A stretch of 64,000 nucleotides of DNA from an uncultured Candidatus Rokubacteria bacterium (lineage in GTDB: Bacteria; Methylomirabilota; Methylomirabilia; Rokubacteriales; CSP1-6). The stretch lies in contig CAVWWD010000002.1 in the NCBI GenBank assembly GCA_963758635.1, forward strand, positions 82,724 to 146,723, read 5' to 3'. Made by a program: the position numbers and the translations under genes. The notes beneath the pieces are model-generated. The model did no database searches and was not told the DNA's origin. It saw nothing but the letters and a program-made list of their open reading frames with translations. This document shows positions 1 to 10,218 of the stretch, one piece after another (the stretch's first letter is position 1; each line of letters begins with the position of its first letter).

Positions 1-171
1 GTGCTGACGCTGGTGGTGGTCGGGGTGCTGCTCTGGCTGCTGAACAACTACGTGCCCATGGATGGGAAGATCAAGTCGATCGTCAACGTCGTGGTTGTCA
101 TCGTCGTTGTGATCTGGGTGTTGCAGGCCGTCGGCCTTCTCGGGTCCTTGCAGAACATCCGTATTCGGTGA
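1..171 (+). CDS. Small two-TM membrane protein, 5' end outside window (Thivi_2564-like)
   Basis: Frame 1 reads VLTLVVVGVLLWLLNNYVPMDGKIKSIVNVVVVIVVVIWVLQAVGLLGSLQNIRIR*; two hydrophobic helices. Confidence 0.75.
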   Translation: MLTLVVVGVLLWLLNNYVPMDGKIKSIVNVVVVIVVVIWVLQAVGLLGSLQNIRIR

Positions 172-205
172 CGCGCAGGTCCGGTGCGATGTGGACGCAA
201 GGGGA

Positions 206-231
206 AGGGGCGCGCCCGGCGCCGCGCCCCT
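206..231. terminator. GC hairpin between convergent genes
   Basis: AGGGGCGCG-8 nt loop-CGCGCCCCT; no clear U tract. Confidence 0.35.
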
Positions 232-304
232 GCTCAACGGGGGTGAGCGACAGAACCAGCCGAGACGCGTCAATCCGGCGAGGCGGGGAGCTCGAGGACG
301 CCTC

Positions 305-2167
305 TCAGGCGTTCGCGGTGCCCTGCGCGGCCAGGAGCGCGGTGAGCGTGTCGCGATCCACGACTTCCTGTTCGATCAGCACCTTCGCCAGCGTCTCGAG
401 CACGTTCCGCTTCGCGGTCAGCGTTTCCCGGACGCGATCGTGGCCCGCCTGCAGCAGGGCCCGGACCTCCCGGTCGATCATCCGGGCCGTGTCCTCGCTG
501 TACACCCGCTCGGTGGGGTTCGGACCGTTGAGGAACAGCGCCTGGCGAGGACGCTCGAACGTTCCCAGGCCCAGCGCATCGCTCATCCCGTATTGCGTCA
601 CCATGTGCCGCACGAGATCGCTCGCCCGCTGCAGATCGTCGTGCGCCCCTGTCGAGACATCCCCGAAGATGATCTCCTCGGCGACCCGCCCGCCGAGGAG
701 CACGTCCAGCCGGTCCAGGAGCTCCGCCCGCGTCATCAGGTACCGATCCTCCGTCGGCTGCTGCTGCGTGTAGCCAAGCGCCGCCACCCCGCGCGGAATG
801 ATCGATATCTTGGCCACCTTGTCGGCCCGTTCCCGCGACTCGGCGACCAGAGCGTGGCCGGCCTCGTGGTGAGCGACGATCTCCTTCTCCTTGGGGCTGA
901 TGATCCGCGACTTGCGCTCGAGACCCCCGACGATCCGGTCGATGGCCTGGTCGAAGTCCGCGGCGTCCACCGCCTCCTTGTCCTCGCGCGCGGCGTGGAG
1001 CGCCGCCTCGTTGACGAGGTTCGCGAGGTCGGCGCCCACGAATCCCGGTGTGCGCGCCGCGATGAGGGACAGGTCGAGTGCCGGGGCCAGCGTGACCGTT
1101 CGCGTGTGGACCTGGAGGATCTTGGTCCGGCCCTTGAGGTCCGGTCGATCGATGACCACCTGACGGTCGAATCGACCGGGGCGCAGGAGGGCCTGATCGA
1201 GGATCTCCGGGCGATTGGTGGCGGCGAGGATGATGACGCCGGCTCGCGAGTCGAACCCATCGAGCTCCGCGAGGAGCTGGTTGAGGGTCTGCTCGTGTTC
1301 GTCGTGTCCCCCGAAGCCGGGGGTGATCCCCCGAGCCTTTCCGACGGCATCCAGCTCGTCGATGAACACGATGCTCGGCGCCTTCGTCTGCGCCTGGGCG
1401 AACAGGTCGCGCACGCGGGCGGCTCCCACACCGACGAACATCTCCACGAAGTCGGATCCGTTCAGGCTGAAGAAGGGGACTCCCGCTTCCCCGGCCACGG
1501 CCTTGGCCAGCAGGGTCTTCCCGGTTCCCGGCGCCCCGACCAGCAGCACTCCCTTCGGGATCTTTCCGCCGAGTCGCCGGTAGCGCTCGGGCCTCTTCAA
1601 GAAGTCCACGATCTCCATCAGCTCACCGCGGGCCTCGTCGATGCCCGCGATGTCGTCGAACGACACCCCCGTCTTCTGCTCGACGTAGACCTTGGCCCGG
1701 CTCTTGCCGAGGCTCATGAGCCCCTTCTGCGGATTCATTCGGCTCACGAGGAAGAACCAGAGGCCGAAGAAGATCGCTGTCGGCACGATCCATGACAGAA
1801 GGGTGAAGAGCCACGTGCTCTCGGTATGCCCCGTGAAGCGGACGCGTGCGACTTCGAGCTCGGGCACGAGGGCGGCGTCCTCGACGCGCGTCGTCACGAA
1901 CGCGTACGTACCCTTCCCGAGGCGCTTGATCTTCTCGATCTTCTCCTTCGAAAGGATGGCGTCGAGGCCCGCGGGCGACAGCGCCCCTTCGATGGTGTCC
2001 CGGTACAGGGCCACCTCGGAGACTTTTCCCGCTTTCAGGAGGGCCTTGAACTCGCTGTACGAGATGTTGTCCGGATGGGGCGCCAGGAACAGCGCCTGGC
2101 CGCCCACGAAGACGGCGATCGCGATCAGTGCGTACCACACGGAGAACGTCCGCTGCTTCAGTTGCAT
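305..2167 (-). CDS. ftsH: ATP-dependent zinc metalloprotease FtsH
   Basis: Two TMs, Walker A GAPGTGKT, Walker [32 protein letters not shown] zinc motif. Confidence 0.97.
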   Translation of the reverse strand: MQLKQRTFSVWYALIAIAVFVGGQALFLAPHPDNISYSEFKALLKAGKVSEVALYRDTIEGALSPAGLDAILSKEKIEKIKRLGKGTYAFVTTRVEDAALVPELEVARVRFTGHTESTWLFTLLSWIVPTAIFFGLWFFLVSRMNPQKGLMSLGKSRAKVYVEQKTGVSFDDIAGIDEARGELMEIVDFLKRPERYRRLGGKIPKGVLLVGAPGTGKTLLAKAVAGEAGVPFFSLNGSDFVEMFVGVGAARVRDLFAQAQTKAPSIVFIDELDAVGKARGITPGFGGHDEHEQTLNQLLAELDGFDSRAGVIILAATNRPEILDQALLRPGRFDRQVVIDRPDLKGRTKILQVHTRTVTLAPALDLSLIAARTPGFVGADLANLVNEAALHAAREDKEAVDAADFDQAIDRIVGGLERKSRIISPKEKEIVAHHEAGHALVAESRERADKVAKISIIPRGVAALGYTQQQPTEDRYLMTRAELLDRLDVLLGGRVAEEIIFGDVSTGAHDDLQRASDLVRHMVTQYGMSDALGLGTFERPRQALFLNGPNPTERVYSEDTARMIDREVRALLQAGHDRVRETLTAKRNVLETLAKVLIEQEVVDRDTLTALLAAQGTANA

Positions 2168-2251
2168 GGTCCCTCTTGCAGGCCCGCGGCGGGACGGCGG
2201 ATCGACGCTCGGCGGTGGTGAGCGTCCCGTACGCGAGGTCGAGGTCGGGAG

Positions 2252-2692
2252 CTACGGCACCTTCGACGAGAAGGTGACGCGTCGATTGGAGGCCCGGCAC
2301 GCCGCCGTGCTCTCCGTGCACGCGGGGCGCTCCCCGCTGCGTGACTGGATCTCGAGCCGATGCGCCTTCACGCCCCGCGACACGAGATAGGCCTCGGCCG
2401 CGCGCGCCCGGTCTCGGCCCACCTCCGCGCTGAGAGCGCGAGCTCCCGGCTCGTCGGTATGCCCCTCGATGAGGAGCCCCCGGTGTCCGGCCCGGCTGAG
2501 CCACACGACGTGGGCGTCGAGGACCGTTCTGTCACGCGGACGGATGTCCGTCGTCCCCGCATCGAAGTAGATCGGCTTCAGGGTCGTGGCGTTCACCGGC
2601 GCACCCTGCACTTGTGGATAGCTTGCGACAATGGCGACCAGGGCCATGACGACGGGAGCCACGAGACATGCGGTTCTCCAGCCTCTCGACAA
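2252..2692 (-). CDS. OmpA/Pal-family peptidoglycan-binding protein
   Basis: Signal-like N-terminus; IYFD, IEGHTD, RA..A..YL...GV, SxGERP, NRRV motifs. Confidence 0.85.
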   Translation of the reverse strand: MSRGWRTACLVAPVVMALVAIVASYPQVQGAPVNATTLKPIYFDAGTTDIRPRDRTVLDAHVVWLSRAGHRGLLIEGHTDEPGARALSAEVGRDRARAAEAYLVSRGVKAHRLEIQSRSGERPACTESTAACRASNRRVTFSSKVP

Positions 2693-2749
2693 GCCAAGTC
2701 TCCTAGTCCCGCCTGATCTCCGCGGCTCGCCGAGCGGTCCGCACCTGTG

Positions 2750-2793
2750 AATCTAGTCTCTCGCCCGCTGCGTGCCTATTGGACCTTGGTCGC
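2750..2793 (-). promoter_or_regulatory. Palindromic activator site 1 (2780-2793) plus -10 TAGATT, upstream of OmpA-ftsH
   Basis: TGGACCTTGGTCGC; 24-nt gap to TAGATT (minus strand, 2755-2750). Confidence 0.7.
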
Positions 2794-2808
2794 CCTGCCG
2801 GTAGCCAC

Positions 2809-4879
2809 TCATCGCTCCTCCTCACGCCGCGCCGCGGCCCCGCTGGTGTCATCGTAGAGGCGGTCCTGGGCGCGAAGGGCGGGCTCGCCATCGGCCCGGA
2901 TGCGGACGGATCGACCGTCCGGGAGGATGCGCCGGGCCTTCACCGTGTCGGCGAGCTGGATCTCGAGGATCTCCTGGACGCGAGACTGCAGGCCGGGATC
3001 CAGCACCGGGAAGGCGATCTCCACCCGGCGGTCCAGGTTCCTGGGCATCCAATCCGCGGAGGCGAGGAGGCACTCCGGCTGCCCGGCGTTGGCGAAGTGG
3101 ACGATGCGCGCGTGCTCGAGGTACCGATCGACGATCGAAATGACCCGAACGTTGGCAGAGAGGCCCGGCACCCCGGGACGAAGGCAGCAGATGCCGCGCA
3201 CGATCAAATCAATCGTCACGCCCGCGCCGCTGGCGGCGTACAGCTCCTCGATCAGCCGGCGGTCCACGAGACCGTTCATCTTCGCGATGATCCGCGCCGG
3301 CCTCCCGGCCCTGGCATGGCCGGCCTCCCGGCGGATGCGCTGGACGAGCCCGTCGCGCAGATCGGCGGGCGCGACGAGCAGGTGATGGAAGCGGGGCGGC
3401 CGTGCGCAGCCGCTCAGGCGGTCGAACAGCTCGGTGACGTCCTCGCCGAACGAGACGCGGCTCGTGAAGAGGCCCAGGTCGCCGTAGAACGTCCCCCGTC
3501 CGCGCGTTGTAGTTGCCCGTGGCGAGGTGGCAGTAGAGCCGGACCCCGTCGGCTTCCTGCCGGACGACGAGGCAAGCCTTGCAGTGGGTCTTGTATCCCG
3601 GGAGGCCGTGGACCACGTGCGCACCCACCTTCTCGAGCTCGCGGGCCCAGCGGATGTTCGCCTCCTCGTCGAATCGGGCCTGGAGCTCGACGAGCACGGC
3701 CACCTTCTTCCCGTTCTCGGCCGCCGTGCGCAGGGCCTGGGCGATAGGCGAGGCCGGGCTCACCCGGTAGAGCGTCATCTTGATCGCGAGGACGGCGGGA
3801 TCGAGGGCGGCCTCGCGCACGAAGCGAGTGACGCTGGCGAAGGCCTGGTAGGGGTGATGCACGAGGACGTCCCTGGCGCGGATCGCGCTCCAGATGTCCG
3901 GCGCGCGCTCGAACGCCGCGACGGAGTGCGGCGGGCGCGGCCCCTCCTTGAGCCGGGGCAGGTCGACGGCGGCATAGAGCTGGAGCAGATCGGTGAAGGC
4001 CGTGAAGCCCGTGCTCGCGTAGAGGTCCTCGGGCGCCAGCTCCAGCTCGTCGACCAGCGTGGCCAGGACGTCGGCGGGCAGCTCCGCGTCGTACTCGAGG
4101 CGCACCGCGGCGCCGAGGCGGCGGTCGCGCAGGCTCGCCTCGATGCTCGCGATCAGATCCTCGGCGCGGCCCCGCGTCGCCAGGGTCGCGTCGCGAGTCA
4201 CGCGGATCGCGTGGCTCCATACGACATCGCGGCCTCCGTGGATGCCCGACAGGTACGGCCGGATCGCGTCCTCGAGCAGCATGAAGGCGTGCGGGCGAAC
4301 GGAATCGGGCACGGCCACGAAGCGCGGCAAGGCTGGGCTCGGCACGTGGATCACAGAAAGCGAGCTTGCGGCCATCGCCGAGGCGGCGGCCGGGCGGATC
4401 GAGGCGACGATACACAGCGATCGGTTGCCGAGGTAGGGGAAGGGACGGCCGGGGTCGACGGCCAGGGGCGTCAGCGTGCCGGGCAGCAGGCGACGGACGT
4501 GCTGTTCGACGAAGCGCCGCTGCTCGGCGGTAATGTCCTGGTGCCGGAGGAGGACGATGCCTTCCGCGGCGAGGAGCGGCAGGATCTCGAGGAAGCAGCG
4601 GCGGTGCTCGTCGACGAGCTCGTGGACCCGGCCCGCCACCGCCGCCAAGGTCTCCGCCGGCGTGAGCCCGTCGGGCCCCGCCTGCGCCTCGCCCGCGTCG
4701 ATGCGGCGCTTCAGCGCGGCCACGCGGACCATGAAGAACTCGTCCAGGTTCGCGCTGAAAATGGCCAGGAACTTCACGCGCTCGAGGAGGGGCACGCTCG
4801 GATCCTGTGCCTCCTCGAGCACCCGGCGATTGAACTCCAGCCAGGACAGCTCGCGATTGACGAACGCCGCCTCGGTCAC
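2809..4879 (-). CDS. ppk1: Polyphosphate kinase 1 (frameshift ~3497)
   Basis: NRELSWLEFNRRVL, HHPY, IKMTLYR, ARFDEEANI, KTHCK, RYLEHARI, SADWMPRNLDRRVE; split over two ORFs at a G5 run. Confidence 0.93.
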
Positions 4880-4880
4880 G

Positions 4881-5844
4881 TCAGTCCCGCGTATTGAACG
4901 TCTCACGCAGGAGGATGCCGTCACGGACTCCCCGCGTGCAGACGACGAGCGTCAGGTATCCGCCGAAGACCATGGTCTCCTCGATCACCATTGCTCCAGC
5001 CAGGATGATGTCGGCGCGCTCGGACTTGAGGCCGGGGACCTTCTCACGGTCGTGGTGCGTGAGGCCTTCCAGGCGCTCGCGCACCGCCGTGACGTCGGAC
5101 TGTCGGAGCGAGAGCCCGTGGCGGTGCTTGCGGGCGCCGCGGCGGGCGCGGAGATGGACGCGGGCGAGGCTGCGCACGATGCCGCCGAGGCCGACCAGGA
5201 CCTCGCCGGGCGCAGCGACGGGCAGAGCGCCTCGGAGCTGCTCGCGGATGGCGCCCCGGAGGGCGTGGACCTCGCGTGGGGTGGGCGGATCGTGCCGGAG
5301 AAGACCTCGCGTGCTGCGGATGGCTCCAAGCGGGAGGCTCGCGCTGGACACGATCCTGCGCGCCCGGACCCGGCTGAGCTGCAGGCTGGCGCCGCCGAGG
5401 TCCGCGACGGCCCCGTCCTTGAAGGGGAGGCTCTCGAGCGCCGCGCAGACACCCAGCCGCGCCTCGTCCCGGGCGCTCAGCACGTGCACCGTGATGCCCT
5501 CGTTGCAACGGAGGGGATGGAGCAACTGTTCCTGGTTGCGCGCGTCCCGGACGGCCGAACGTCGCCACCGCCACGACGCGCGGGCCACCGCCACTCGGCG
5601 AGACCCGCGCCATGAAGTGGTGGACGGCCCGAAGGGTCTGGTCGATCGCCGCGCGGGGCAACGTGCCGGGCGGGCCGCCACCCAGCCGGGTCGGCACCCG
5701 TTCCTCCGCCAGCACACGGTAGCCGGTGCCCGGGGTGATCCGGGCGAGCAGAAAGCGAACGGCGGTCGATCCCAGATCGACCACGGCCACCAGCTCCGCC
5801 CGCTCAGCCACGCGAGGGCGCACAGGTTCCGAGATCCACGACAC
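4881..5844 (-). CDS. ppx: Ppx/GppA exopolyphosphatase (frameshift ~5560)
   Basis: VDLGSTAVR, VAT-SAVRDARN, EARLG, DLGGASLQ, SLPLG, RADII.AG, GVRDG; GGAGG RBS before GTG. Confidence 0.88.
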
Positions 5845-5940
5845 TCCTCCTTCAGGGGCGGCCGCCAGTCCCGATATCCGCCCCACACCCGGAAGGCCCC
5901 AAGCGCGGACCAGCATGAGAAGGAGATCGCGATCGCCTGC

Positions 5941-6015
5941 ACTCTAGCCAGGCCGATTCACCCCGCCCATTGGACCTTCGTCCAGTGTTCTGCCCGTGGA
6001 GTCGATCCTTAGACT
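5941..6015. promoter_or_regulatory. Palindromic site 2 (5971-5984) serving divergent promoters
   Basis: TGGACCTTCGTCCA; TAGAGT on minus strand (5946-5941, gap 24) and TAGACT on plus strand (6010-6015, gap 25). Confidence 0.75.
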
Positions 6016-6077
6016 GTGGGGGTGGGGAAGACGTCGCGGCGGCGGTTCGATACCTGGGTTGAAATCGGGAGAGAGAC

Positions 6078-6425
6078 GTGGCAGAGATAAGCGGCCTCAT
6101 GACGGAGCTCAATGACCTTCGCGAGCAGAAGCATCTGACGTGGAGCGAGCAGGAGGCCGGATGGATCGGGACGCCGGCCGCGATCTTGGACGCGCTCGTC
6201 CGTGATGGATACGAGGAGTGCCAGCGCGAGACCACGACGAGTCATCGCGATGGCCGCCCGGCCGGCGGCCTCTGGCGGGGAGTCAACCCGCGCACGGGAT
6301 CCGTGGCGTCGGCGATCTGGGTGACGCGCCCGGCGGCGGCAGCCTTGGTGTTCATCCAGATCGATGGGGAACTGGTGGCACGACCGGGGAGGGGGCCGCA
6401 TGAGGAGGAAGGCGGGCAGGGCTGA
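6078..6425 (+). CDS. Hypothetical protein (115 aa)
   Basis: ORF with GGGAGAG RBS, globular composition, downstream of site 2. Confidence 0.65.
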   Translation: MAEISGLMTELNDLREQKHLTWSEQEAGWIGTPAAILDALVRDGYEECQRETTTSHRDGRPAGGLWRGVNPRTGSVASAIWVTRPAAAALVFIQIDGELVARPGRGPHEEEGGQG

Positions 6426-6466
6426 CGCTTGCCGGGCCGCAGGCTCGAATCTATGAGGAGGCCACA

Positions 6467-6529
6467 ATGAAGAACGTTTCTACGATGACTCTGCCGTGCC
6501 CCCAGGTCCCGTGGGGCCGCCGCCGATGA
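6467..6529 (+). CDS. Putative 20-aa peptide coupled to the desaturase
   Basis: GAGGAGG RBS, MKNVSTMTLPCPQVPWGRRR*, ATGA overlap with the desaturase start. Confidence 0.35.
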   Translation: MKNVSTMTLPCPQVPWGRRR

Positions 6530-7278
6530 TCGAGCTCGGGATCATCTTCCTTGTGACCATGGCGCTCACGCAGACCGCGGTCCTCGCCACGACGGTCTAC
6601 CTGCATCGCGCCCTCGCGCATCGCGCCCTCGTCGTCCACCCGGTCACGGACGTCTTCTTCCGGACCGCCCTCTGGCTCACGACGGGCTTGAGCCGCCAGC
6701 AGTGGGTGGCTGTCCATCGCAAGCATCACGCCTTCACCGACCGGGACGGCGATCCTCACAGCCCGCGGCTGCAAGGCATCTGGCACGTCCAGATCCTGAA
6801 CGCCTACTACTACATGCGGGAGGCACGGAACCCCGAGACGCTGCGGAAGTTCGCGGCGGACCTCCCCGAAGACCGGCTGGATCGCCTGCTCTTCTCCCGG
6901 GGCTGGTGCGGCCTCGGGATCGGGATCACGCTGCTTTGCCTCGTCCTCGGTTTCTGGCCCGGACTCATCGCCAGCCTCGTGCATGCCATCCAGTACGTCT
7001 TCATCGTGGCCCCGCTCATCAACGGCCTGGGACATTGGCGAGGAGCACAGAACTTCGCGAGCAACACCGCGTACAATTCACGCGTGCTCGCCTGGCTGAC
7101 GGGGGGCGAAAGCCTCCACAACAACCACCATGCGCATCCGCGGGCGCCCAAGTTCAGCATGAGACGCTTCGAGTTCGATCCGGCGTGGCTCGTGATCCGC
7201 GCCCTGGCGCGAATCCGTGCCCTCGCGATCCTCGGGACGACGGTCAGGCTGCAGACCGGCGCGGGGCCGGCGCGGTGA
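6526..7278 (+). CDS. Fatty acid (delta-9-type) desaturase
   Basis: His boxes HRALAH, HRKHH, HNNHH; DGDPHSP; GESLHNNHHA. Confidence 0.93.
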   Translation: MIELGIIFLVTMALTQTAVLATTVYLHRALAHRALVVHPVTDVFFRTALWLTTGLSRQQWVAVHRKHHAFTDRDGDPHSPRLQGIWHVQILNAYYYMREARNPETLRKFAADLPEDRLDRLLFSRGWCGLGIGITLLCLVLGFWPGLIASLVHAIQYVFIVAPLINGLGHWRGAQNFASNTAYNSRVLAWLTGGESLHNNHHAHPRAPKFSMRRFEFDPAWLVIRALARIRALAILGTTVRLQTGAGPAR

Positions 7279-7361
7279 CCGTGGACGGCGGGGAGCGCGC
7301 CACGCGCGACGACCGCGCACCCTCGAATGGATCGACCCTGAATGTCTCGAAGGGGAGGGAC

Positions 7362-7730
7362 ATGCAGGCACTGAAACGGATCGGCCCGCCCGTGCCGACG
7401 GGTGTGCGCGGCGACGAATACGACCTGAGCGTTCCCCTGAACGGCACGCCTTCCGTGGACTGGCGGCGCGCGTTCCACGCCTCCGAGAAATCGACCGAGC
7501 TGTGCCATCCGACTCGCGTCACGGTGAAGGACCGCGCGCTGACCTTCACGAGCGAGGAAGACCACGTGCGACTGTGGATCCAGCTCATCGACGAGTGGAT
7601 TGCTGGCGCGAATCAAGCGTGCGCCGAGCGGCCCACCTCCACGTCGAGACGCGAGGTCGAGCAGAGCGACGACGAGCGCGAGCGCCAGCGGCGGATTCGG
7701 GAGGCGGTGGAACGCTTCAAGAACCTGTGA
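7362..7730 (+). CDS. Hypothetical protein (122 aa)
   Basis: GGGGAGG RBS, MQALKRIG...; C-terminal charged helix. Confidence 0.65.
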   Translation: MQALKRIGPPVPTGVRGDEYDLSVPLNGTPSVDWRRAFHASEKSTELCHPTRVTVKDRALTFTSEEDHVRLWIQLIDEWIAGANQACAERPTSTSRREVEQSDDERERQRRIREAVERFKNL

Positions 7731-7750
7731 CGCTCGCTCGAGACGGCCCC

Positions 7751-7794
7751 TGGACCAAGGTCCAGTAGGGCCACCCTGCCCGCTGCTGTAGCCT
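7751..7794 (+). promoter_or_regulatory. Palindromic site 3 (7751-7764) plus -10 TAGCCT
   Basis: TGGACCAAGGTCCA; 24-nt gap; TAGCCT at 7789-7794. Confidence 0.8.
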
Positions 7795-7826
7795 GACCTC
7801 ACCGAGGACGCACGAAGGAGGAGACC

Positions 7827-8087
7827 ATGCACGTTCTACTCTTCATCCTGATCGGGTTGGTGGCAGGCGCGCTGGCCGGGCGGGTGGTGAGCGGCCATGG
7901 CTACGGCATGGTGGGGAACTTCGTCGTCGGAGTTCTCGGCGCCGTCCTGGGCGGATGGATGTTCACCACCTTCGCCGGCGTGACGAGCGGAGGAGTGTCC
8001 TTCAGCCTCTTCACGGCGCTCCTCGGCGCGGTCGCGCTGCTCTGGGTCGTCAGGCTGGTCGCCCCCGCCCGCGGCTTGAACCCCTGA
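7827..8087 (+). CDS. GlsB/YeaQ/YmgE family stress membrane protein
   Basis: IGLVAGALAG..G.G...N.VVGVLGAVLGG...ALLGAV.LLW pattern; AAGGAGG RBS. Confidence 0.9.
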   Translation: MHVLLFILIGLVAGALAGRVVSGHGYGMVGNFVVGVLGAVLGGWMFTTFAGVTSGGVSFSLFTALLGAVALLWVVRLVAPARGLNP

Positions 8088-8118
8088 AACCACACTCGAT
8101 GTCTCGAGGAGGCCACCA

Positions 8119-8361
8119 ATGCTGCGTTTCATCTTGGGGGCGATCATGGGCGGTGTCGCGGTCTGGGCATGGCGAGACGAGCTCCGTGAGTACATCGCCG
8201 ACGGCACCCGCGGCCTGAGGACGACGGCGGCCGACCAGCTCCAGGCGGTCCAGACAGCCGCGGAGGGCGCACTCAACACCGCGAGGGATGGGATCAGCTC
8301 CGGCCTGCAAAGTGGGCAGGACGCGATCCGCCCGGAGGACGCATCGCGACCGGCACGATAG
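8119..8361 (+). CDS. Small membrane-anchored helical protein (YtxH/general-stress-like)
   Basis: N-terminal TM FILGAIMGGVAVW followed by amphipathic helix; GAGGAGG RBS. Confidence 0.7.
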   Translation: MLRFILGAIMGGVAVWAWRDELREYIADGTRGLRTTAADQLQAVQTAAEGALNTARDGISSGLQSGQDAIRPEDASRPAR

Positions 8362-8401
8362 TCCGTTCCCGCTCCGAACACCCGCACGAGGAGGAACCGT
8401 C

Positions 8402-8635
8402 GTGAATAGAGCATCCGCGCTTCCCGTGGCCGTCCACGTGCCACACCTGTTCCCTCGAGCCCTGGTCCGGACGGCAAGGTCGGGGATCTATCTCGTCCGT
8501 GGGGTTCCACGCGACCTGCAGCGCACGGCGCGCGCCCGGGCGGCGCGGGAGACGACCACCTTGAGCGCCGTGCTCCGGCAGGCCTTGCGCGAGTACGCCG
8601 CCGGTACCTGGACGCCCGAACCCGCCGACACATGA
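8402..8635 (+). CDS. Putative ribbon-helix-helix DNA-binding protein
   Basis: YLVRGVPRDLQRTARARAARETTTLSAVLRQALREY fits the strand-helix-helix pattern; GAGGAGG RBS. Confidence 0.6.
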   Translation: MNRASALPVAVHVPHLFPRALVRTARSGIYLVRGVPRDLQRTARARAARETTTLSAVLRQALREYAAGTWTPEPADT

Positions 8636-8666
8636 TGTGACGGCCGTTGCGCGGCCGTTGCGGCAC

Positions 8667-8710
8667 TGGACCTTGGTCCACTACCGTCTTTGCGGCGCCG
8701 GCTAGAGACT
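8667..8710 (+). promoter_or_regulatory. Palindromic site 4 (8667-8680) plus -10-like GAGACT
   Basis: cacTGGACCTTGGTCCActac; 24-nt gap to GAGACT. Confidence 0.75.
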
Positions 8711-8754
8711 GACGTAGGGATCCGCCAAGAGAGCGGCCCTGGAGGAGGTGTCTC

Positions 8755-9126
8755 ATGCGAGTGCCAGTGTGGATCAAACCGATGGTATGGGGCGGCGTCT
8801 TGGGCGCGATCGGGATCATGATTGTCGGATTCTCCTGGCTGGGGTGGACGCTCGACCACACGACCAAGAGACTCGTGACGGAAGGCAGCGAGTCGGCCGT
8901 GGTCACTGCGCTGACTCCGTTCTGCGTCGCGAACTACATGAAGCAGCCCGACGCCGCTCAGAAGCTCGCCGTGCTCCGCGCCGACTCCTCGTCGTACACA
9001 CAGCGCGAGATCATCGAAAAGGCCGGATTCGCAACCATGCCCGGAAAGACCGAACCAAGCTCAGGACTGGCGGCGGCCTGTGCGACCGCGCTTCAGACCG
9101 TCAGCCTTGCCGTCCCGAGCAAGTAG
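8755..9126 (+). CDS. Hypothetical membrane-anchored protein with two Cys
   Basis: GGAGGAGG RBS; N-terminal TM; PFC...AAAC. Confidence 0.8.
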   Translation: MRVPVWIKPMVWGGVLGAIGIMIVGFSWLGWTLDHTTKRLVTEGSESAVVTALTPFCVANYMKQPDAAQKLAVLRADSSSYTQREIIEKAGFATMPGKTEPSSGLAAACATALQTVSLAVPSK

Positions 9127-9428
9127 TCGACGATAAGGCCACGCGGCCGCGCGCTCGGGCGGAGACGCCCGGGCCGCGCCGCCTCAGGCCTACTCGTCCG
9201 TCCGCCTTGCGGGCGTGAAACGCCAGGCGGAGCTCCGCAGCGGATCAGCCGCGCGGGTCAAGAGATCGATCCCGTCGGGCCACGCACATACTCGCGCTCG
9301 ATCTCCGCGATGATCTCGCGGCGCTCAGAACGGGTCCACCATTCGCTCGTCCTACGACGGGACGCAGAACTCGGCCGTCATAGCGGAGGTCGGCTCGCCG
9401 CCGCTCCGGCGCGTGCTGACCCGCGCAC

Positions 9429-9473
9429 TGGACCAAGGTCCACTACGTTGCCCACGCGGGTGGCTGCTAGGCT
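9429..9473 (+). promoter_or_regulatory. Palindromic site 5 (9429-9442) plus -10 TAGGCT
   Basis: cacTGGACCAAGGTCCActac; 25-nt gap; TAGGCT at 9468-9473. Confidence 0.8.
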
Positions 9474-9577
9474 GATGGCGTTCGCGCCACACCCACGGTT
9501 CGCGCACGAGACGATCCGATCGCGCCGGAGCCACACAGTCGGTGAACATATCGGACGATGCGCTCGGGAGGCCCTCC

Positions 9578-9766
9578 ATGGCGAAGTTCATCCAGATCTG
9601 CGCATCACAGAACGATCTGTTCGCTCTCGACCAGGACGGGGGCGTCCATCAGTACGACTTCAACACGAAGACGTGGGCGCAGCTCGCCCTGGACCGCCGC
9701 GACGAGGCGCCTTCGCGAAGTGACCGTCAGGCGAGCGGCGGCGCGCCGTGGGGGAGGCCGCCGTGA
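9578..9766 (+). CDS. Small hypothetical beta-rich protein (62 aa)
   Basis: GGGAGG RBS; MAKFIQICASQNDLFALDQDGGVHQYDFNTKTW resembles a single propeller blade. Confidence 0.65.
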   Translation: MAKFIQICASQNDLFALDQDGGVHQYDFNTKTWAQLALDRRDEAPSRSDRQASGGAPWGRPP

Positions 9767-9899
9767 TCTCCGGCGATTGCCCCAGTCAGATGGCTATCCC
9801 GTCGCAGTCTTCGCGTCCGCCCGTGAGTTCCTCGCCTCCGGGCCGCTCGGTCGCCTCGGCTGCCTCGTCCTGGACATCCGCCTCGGGGAGATGACGGGC
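9765..9899 (+). pseudogene. FixJ-like receiver-domain fragment
   Basis: QSDGYPVAVFASAREFLASGPLGRLGCLVLDIRLGEMTG contains the phosphoacceptor Asp context; no start, no C-terminal half. Confidence 0.65.
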
Positions 9900-9923
9900 G
9901 GTTACCGCATTCTACGAGGGTCA

Positions 9924-10127
9924 TCAGACCTGCACGAGCGCCTTCCCGTTGGCCCCGAGCCACTCCACCACCTTGGCCCACGCAACAGGCTCCCGCTCCG
10001 TCCATGCCCTCACCGCCTGGGCGGGAACGACCACGTATGCGCGCTCAGGGTGCGCGGCCGCTTCCACCAGGCGGGCGAGATCGGTTCGGGATTGTCGAAG
10101 CTCCACGAGCAAGTCGCTGGTCGTCAT
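9924..10127 (-). CDS. Small hypothetical protein (67 aa)
   Basis: AGGAGA RBS, MTTSDLLVELRQ...; downstream of site 6. Confidence 0.65.
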   Translation of the reverse strand: MTTSDLLVELRQSRTDLARLVEAAAHPERAYVVVPAQAVRAWTEREPVAWAKVVEWLGANGKALVQV

Positions 10128-10218
10128 GAGTTCTCCTGGGAATGCAGCAATGGATTCAGCACCGGTCGGCAGCACGGGGTCGCGACCCTCACCCCGGCTT
10201 GGAGTGCGCCCTCTCGGG

